From IMG/VR virus record IMGVR_UViG_3300011335_000330, positions 1-28,645 of that record: DNA of 28,645 bases. The stretch is one strand, 5' to 3'. Below, piece by piece: positions 24,420-28,645 of the stretch (its first letter is position 1; the number at the start of each line of letters is the position of its first letter). The notes under the pieces were generated by a model that was not told the origin of the DNA, ran no database searches, and was given only the letters and a program-made list of their open reading frames with translations. This stretch comes from a virus. Its lineage: Duplodnaviria > Caudoviricetes. The position numbers and the translations under genes are program-made.

Positions 24420-25409
24420 ATGGCACTGCCTCTTGGCCCAGCTTCTAACTATCCCGGTGGTTTTAATAACGTAACTATCCGTGGTGTTCCACTTACGCAG
24501 TCGCACCCAGGCCAAGTCTATTGGGTGTCTAATGCTGCTACCGTTTTGCCAGGGCAAGTTGGCGGCTCTGATGGCAATCCCGGTACTTTCAATGCTCCGT
24601 TTGGCACTCTTGAATACGCTATTAGTCGTTGTGTTGCTAATCGTGGAGATGTAATTTTTATTAAACCGGGCCACACTGAAACTATTTCTAGTGCCACTGC
24701 TCTGTCTTTTGACGTTGCTGGTGTAGCAATAGTTGGTTTGGGTTTTGGTACTAATCGTCCTAAATTTACTTTTGATACCGCAGCAACTGCTACTATTGCT
24801 GTAAGTGCTGCTAATGTATCAATTCTTAATTGTCAGTTTGTTGCTAACTTTTTGGGCATTACTTCTGCCTTTACTGTTGGTGCTGCTCCTTACTTTACTA
24901 TTGATAAGTGCGACTTTACTGATACAAGTGCAATTCTTAACTTCTTGTCAGCAGTCAAAACTACTGTAACTGTTAATGCTGATTATCTCCAAGTATCTAA
25001 CTGTTACATTAAGTCAGACGCTACAACCAAAGCTGTTGCTCCCATTGTTGTTCTTGGCACAATGACTGGACTTACGTTGACTGGTAACTATGTTGTTCAA
25101 ACTGTTGCTCAGAATAACTTGTCCCAGTTCCTAAGCCATGCAGCACTAGTAATGACCGCAGCTTATATTGCAGATAATAAGGTCTACTGTGTTAACACAG
25201 ATACAGCTACTGGAGCTTGTTTTATTACTACTAGTGCCACCACAGGCTCTGGTATTGTTATTAATAACACTATCCGCGCTCTAGACGTTGCTGCTGCTAT
25301 TTTAGTTACAGCTACTGCTGTTCAATATGGGATGTTTAATAATCTCTATATTGGTGATGGGACGATGAACTCAGGATTTGTACTTCCTGCCATTGGTTCT
25401 GACGCGTAA
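24420..25409 (+). CDS. Right-handed beta-helix (pectin-lyase-like) virion protein
   Basis: GSDGNPGTFNAPFGTLEYAI...GDVIFIKPG cap motif followed by repeated ILNCQF, IDKCDF, VSNCYI and LTGNYV rungs. AAAGGAG RBS. Confidence 0.75.
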   Translation: MALPLGPASNYPGGFNNVTIRGVPLTQSHPGQVYWVSNAATVLPGQVGGSDGNPGTFNAPFGTLEYAISRCVANRGDVIFIKPGHTETISSATALSFDVAGVAIVGLGFGTNRPKFTFDTAATATIAVSAANVSILNCQFVANFLGITSAFTVGAAPYFTIDKCDFTDTSAILNFLSAVKTTVTVNADYLQVSNCYIKSDATTKAVAPIVVLGTMTGLTLTGNYVVQTVAQNNLSQFLSHAALVMTAAYIADNKVYCVNTDTATGACFITTSATTGSGIVINNTIRALDVAAAILVTATAVQYGMFNNLYIGDGTMNSGFVLPAIGSDA

Positions 25410-25417
25410 GTAAAGCA

Positions 25418-26134
25418 ATGGGTTGGATTGACGAAGCAAAGACGCAGATGCAGCGGTGGTTTCAACCAACACCGCTGCGTCCAAGTTATGGAGTTGCAGC
25501 AGGAAGCCCAAGCATAGAAGATGATGCTACGCTTCCTTTTCATCCATCAGACTTGTCTTTACGTCAAGATCCAGAAAAAACACTTAACGCAAGAGAAGTA
25601 GCTAGTATTGCTCGTGCTCGCCGCCTAGCAGAAACTCAAGGAGTACTAACTCCTGAACTAGGAGAATACCTTCTTCCAATGGCTATGACGGAGGGAGAAG
25701 GTGGAGGAATGGGGATAATTGAGGGGAATGAACGCTTCTATGCTTCACGACGTTTTAAGTCTTATCTGGATAAGATGGGTATGAAAGAAGGGGAAGATTA
25801 TACAAAGGTACAGTATAAAGGCGAGCCACACTTTAAGATTGACTCAGCTAGTCCTGCAATGGCAGCGGTAATTCTGGGAGAAAAGTCTCGGTTAAAGCAA
25901 GCAGGCGGTACTATTGAAGGCGCAATAAAGGCTTATAACGGAAAAGGTAAGGCATGGGAACGTGGAGCTAATGCACAGGGAGTAGATATTGAAATACCTG
26001 CTGACGTAGAACTCTATTTGAAAAAAGTACAAAAGGCTAAAGAATTGTTAGAGCATCCAAAAAACTCTTCAATCTACAATCATTTTAATAGCGAGTATGG
26101 AAGATTACGCTCTTATCTTGCACCTGGTAAATAG
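25418..26134 (+). CDS. Hypothetical protein, possible lysozyme-like / lytic transglycosylase fold
   Basis: PMAMTEG (candidate catalytic Glu), AIKAYNG and YLKKV occur in the order expected for SLT motifs. Confidence 0.45.
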   Translation: MGWIDEAKTQMQRWFQPTPLRPSYGVAAGSPSIEDDATLPFHPSDLSLRQDPEKTLNAREVASIARARRLAETQGVLTPELGEYLLPMAMTEGEGGGMGIIEGNERFYASRRFKSYLDKMGMKEGEDYTKVQYKGEPHFKIDSASPAMAAVILGEKSRLKQAGGTIEGAIKAYNGKGKAWERGANAQGVDIEIPADVELYLKKVQKAKELLEHPKNSSIYNHFNSEYGRLRSYLAPGK

Positions 26135-26157
26135 AAACCTAGTAACATTATTTAATT

Positions 26158-26712
26158 ATGTCTAACATAAGCGTATATAGTAAAGGAAATTGGAACGCTA
26201 TCTGCGATGTCTGTGGAAAACAATATAAGAGTACTGACTTACGCAAGCGTTGGGATAACCTTTGGGTTTGTTTTCGAGACTACGAAGAACGTCAACCACA
26301 AGACTTTGTAAGGGGTGTTGCAGATACGCAAGCTGTACCTTGGGCTAGACCACAGGGTGCAGATACTTTTGTTCCAATCAACTACACTACAAGTATTGGC
26401 GAGACTAGTAGCTTAGATGAGGTAGTATCTAAATATGTTACTAAAATAGTTTCTGATGAGCCAGTATACTTACCAGACTTAGCTACAGATGAAGGACTAG
26501 GATTAAGCTTCTTAGGTAAATATACTTTAGCAGGAACAGGAACAATTGTTGGTTCTACTAGTACCTTAGCATTGTCAGAGTCAGTTAATGTTATTCTTAC
26601 TAAGTACATAACTATTGCAGAAACAATTACTATTTCTGAAACTGTTTTACCAACACTCTTAATAAATAGATCAATAGGTTCTGTAGTTTTAGGTGGCACT
26701 ACATTAGGATAA
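26158..26712 (+). CDS. Conserved virion-module protein with N-terminal CxxC motif
   Basis: AICDVCG...WVC..DYEERQPQ...ARP, with a Thr/Ser/Ile-rich C-terminal extension. Confidence 0.75.
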   Translation: MSNISVYSKGNWNAICDVCGKQYKSTDLRKRWDNLWVCFRDYEERQPQDFVRGVADTQAVPWARPQGADTFVPINYTTSIGETSSLDEVVSKYVTKIVSDEPVYLPDLATDEGLGLSFLGKYTLAGTGTIVGSTSTLALSESVNVILTKYITIAETITISETVLPTLLINRSIGSVVLGGTTLG

Positions 26713-26718
26713 TTAAAT

Positions 26719-27165
26719 ATGAATTCTATTACTCCATTAATTCTTACAGGTCGAGTTCATATGGTTTTAACGGACTCTATGGGCAACATCAAGGTGGACA
26801 GGGAGAGCGATAACTTGATTGTTACTGTAGGTAAAGCATTTGTTGCTAGTGCTTTAATTACTGTTCCTAGTATTAGTTTCTTATATATGGCAGTAGGAAC
26901 TAGTACTACTTCTCCTGCTCTTGGACAAACTGCTTTAATTGGTTCTGAGTTGGCGCGTGTAGCTACTACCAACACTAACCCTACTTCTGTAACTACCCAG
27001 TTTGTAGCTAGTTTTGGTTCTGGTGTTGGCACTGGAACTATTGAAGAAGCTGGTTTGTTTAGTGCTGCTAGTGCAGGATCTATGTTTAGTCGGTATCTGA
27101 CTGGAACCTTTGCTAAAGGTGCTACAGATACTCTTGCTGTTACCTGGACTATAACGGTGAGCTAA
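26719..27165 (+). CDS. Putative tail / fibre-attachment protein
   Basis: NLIVTVGK, YMAVGT, ELARV and TIEEAGLF motifs, resembling tail-collar or fibre-base domains. Confidence 0.65.
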   Translation: MNSITPLILTGRVHMVLTDSMGNIKVDRESDNLIVTVGKAFVASALITVPSISFLYMAVGTSTTSPALGQTALIGSELARVATTNTNPTSVTTQFVASFGSGVGTGTIEEAGLFSAASAGSMFSRYLTGTFAKGATDTLAVTWTITVS

Positions 27166-27166
27166 T

Positions 27167-28081
27167 ATGTCAAATATTCAATTTACTAACTTTGCTGCAA
27201 CAACCCTAGCTTCAGGGATTAATAGTGTTGTTACTAGCCTGACTGTAGCTACTGGCACAGGAGCACTGTTTCCAACTCTAGCTGGAGCACAATACTTTTA
27301 TTGTGTTCTGGCTGATGCTGCTACAGGCGTTACTAGAGAAGTTATAAAAGTAACTGCAAGATCTACAGATACTTTTACTATTACTAGGGCTCAAGATGGC
27401 ACTACTGGGCAGACGTATATAACTGGAGACAAGGTTGAGCTTCGTCTTACTTCTGCTGGTATAGCTACTCTAGCAACTACAGAAACAGCCCAGACCTTTG
27501 CTGGTGTTCAGACGTTTTCCTCAGCTCCTGTATTGTCAGCCCCACTAGCAGCTTCTGGTGGTGGAACTGGTGTTGCTAATAATGCAGCAAGCACCATTAC
27601 CATGTCAGGCAGTTTTGCTAGCACTTTTGTAGTAACTGGTGCTTTTTCATACACCCTGCCCGGTGCTACAGATACCTTGGTTAACTTGGGATCAACACAG
27701 ACCCTGACAGCCAAGACACTGACTACGCCAGTTCTGACTAATCCGACCGTAACAAACTACGTCGAATCCGTGGTCGCCATCGGAACGGTAACGAGTTCCT
27801 CTACCTTGTCGCTAACAAATGGCACAGTTCAAACAGCAACCTTGACCGCTTCCACGGCTTGCACGTTTACCATGCCGACTGCTACTGCTGGCAAATCTTT
27901 TGTTTTGTTGCTCAAACAAGCTGCCACTACCGGTAACGGGACTGCGACTTTCACCAGCGTAAAATTTGGCACTGCCGGTGCGCCGACCATTACCGCAACT
28001 GCTGGCAAGATGGATATTCTGACATTTATTGCTGACGGTACAAATTGGTATGGTTCAATCGCTCAAGGTTATACGCCGTAA
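27167..28081 (+). CDS. Putative tail fibre protein
   Basis: Thr/Ala/Gly-rich and modular: EVIKVTARS...RAQDGT, SGGGTG, QTLTAKTLT and DILTFIADGTNWYG. Confidence 0.75.
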   Translation: MSNIQFTNFAATTLASGINSVVTSLTVATGTGALFPTLAGAQYFYCVLADAATGVTREVIKVTARSTDTFTITRAQDGTTGQTYITGDKVELRLTSAGIATLATTETAQTFAGVQTFSSAPVLSAPLAASGGGTGVANNAASTITMSGSFASTFVVTGAFSYTLPGATDTLVNLGSTQTLTAKTLTTPVLTNPTVTNYVESVVAIGTVTSSSTLSLTNGTVQTATLTASTACTFTMPTATAGKSFVLLLKQAATTGNGTATFTSVKFGTAGAPTITATAGKMDILTFIADGTNWYGSIAQGYTP

Positions 28082-28645
28082 TGTTTGCCGCTAAGAATTT
28101 CTTTCTAACTGGAGCGCCTGTTCTTCTTGCCCCAACGGCAGTGGATTATCTAGTCATTGCAGGTGGTGGTGGAGGCGGTAACTCCAGAGGTGGTGGTGGC
28201 GGTGCGGGAGGTTTTCGCACAGCTACATCGTTTGCGGTTGGCTCTGGCGCAATAACTGTTACTGTTGGTGCTGGAGGAGTGGGGGCAACATCAAACACTG
28301 TACGTGGGTCAGCGGGGTCTAATTCTGTATTTTCGTCTATCACTTCTACTGGCGGCGGTGGCGGCGGTAGTGCTGCTGGTCAACAAACTGGTGGCAATGG
28401 CGGCTCCGGTGGTGGTGGTAATCCAAACGGCCCTACGGCTGGAACTGGCACTGTTGGGCAAGGCAATGATGGCGGTGCGGGTAATGGGGCGTCGTCAGAC
28501 TGTGGTGGTGGTGGTGGTGGTGCGACTTCGGCAGGGGCGGCTTCAGTTTCCAGCACAATATCTGGTGCTGGAGGTAACGGGACTGCATCTTCTTATGCTG
28601 CCGGTGTGTAAGTTACCTACGCTGGAGGTGGATCGGGAGGAACGG
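28081..28645 (+). CDS. Glycine-rich tail-fibre-associated protein, interrupted by an in-frame TAA at 28609-28611 and running off the window
   Basis: ATG 28081 (TAATG coupling). VDYLVIAGGGGGG...GGGGAGG...GGSGGG...GQGNDGG; the frame continues as VTYAGGGSGG after the stop. Confidence 0.75.

Noticed and set aside
14594-28343. Minus-strand and alternate-frame ORFs across the structural arm (e.g. 19459-19767, 23187-23438, 23492-24022)
   Set aside because: They overlap confident structural genes and show no independent motifs.
28609-28611. Stop-codon reassignment
   Set aside because: TAA, TAG and TGA all end well-defined genes elsewhere in the window, and this is the only interruption seen.
1-28645. 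tRNA, rRNA, integrase, transposase or RNA polymerase genes
   Set aside because: None recognised by eye. The GC-rich elements lack T-loop and D-loop signatures. tRNAscan and Rfam were not run.

Overview
A fragment of a tailed dsDNA phage genome, podovirus-like; a betaproteobacterial host is a weak inference. It has two divergent arms. The minus strand (1-13430) carries small early genes, a vWA (CobT-like) plus MoxR/CobS AAA+ pair, primase, SF4 helicase, family A DNA polymerase, a putative SSB, a 5'-3' exonuclease and the start of a T7 endonuclease I-like gene. The plus strand (14514-end) carries TerS, a cluster of small basic proteins, TerL, portal, GroES, scaffold, decoration protein, major capsid protein, a beta-helix protein, a lysozyme-like protein and tail/fibre genes. 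The most unusual region lies where the arms diverge. A ~750-nt imperfect fold-back (13173-13926) pairs the first early gene, with its RBS and terminator, against a non-coding inverted copy. Its mismatches are biased towards folding of the plus strand, which is the template strand for the early genes. Two covarying structured intergenic elements (11967-12093, 12687-12813) fold on that same strand. A 14-bp palindrome, TGTTA-N4-TAACA, recurs in intergenic regions of both arms. All alignments and counts were done by hand, and family names come from motif recognition, not database searches.
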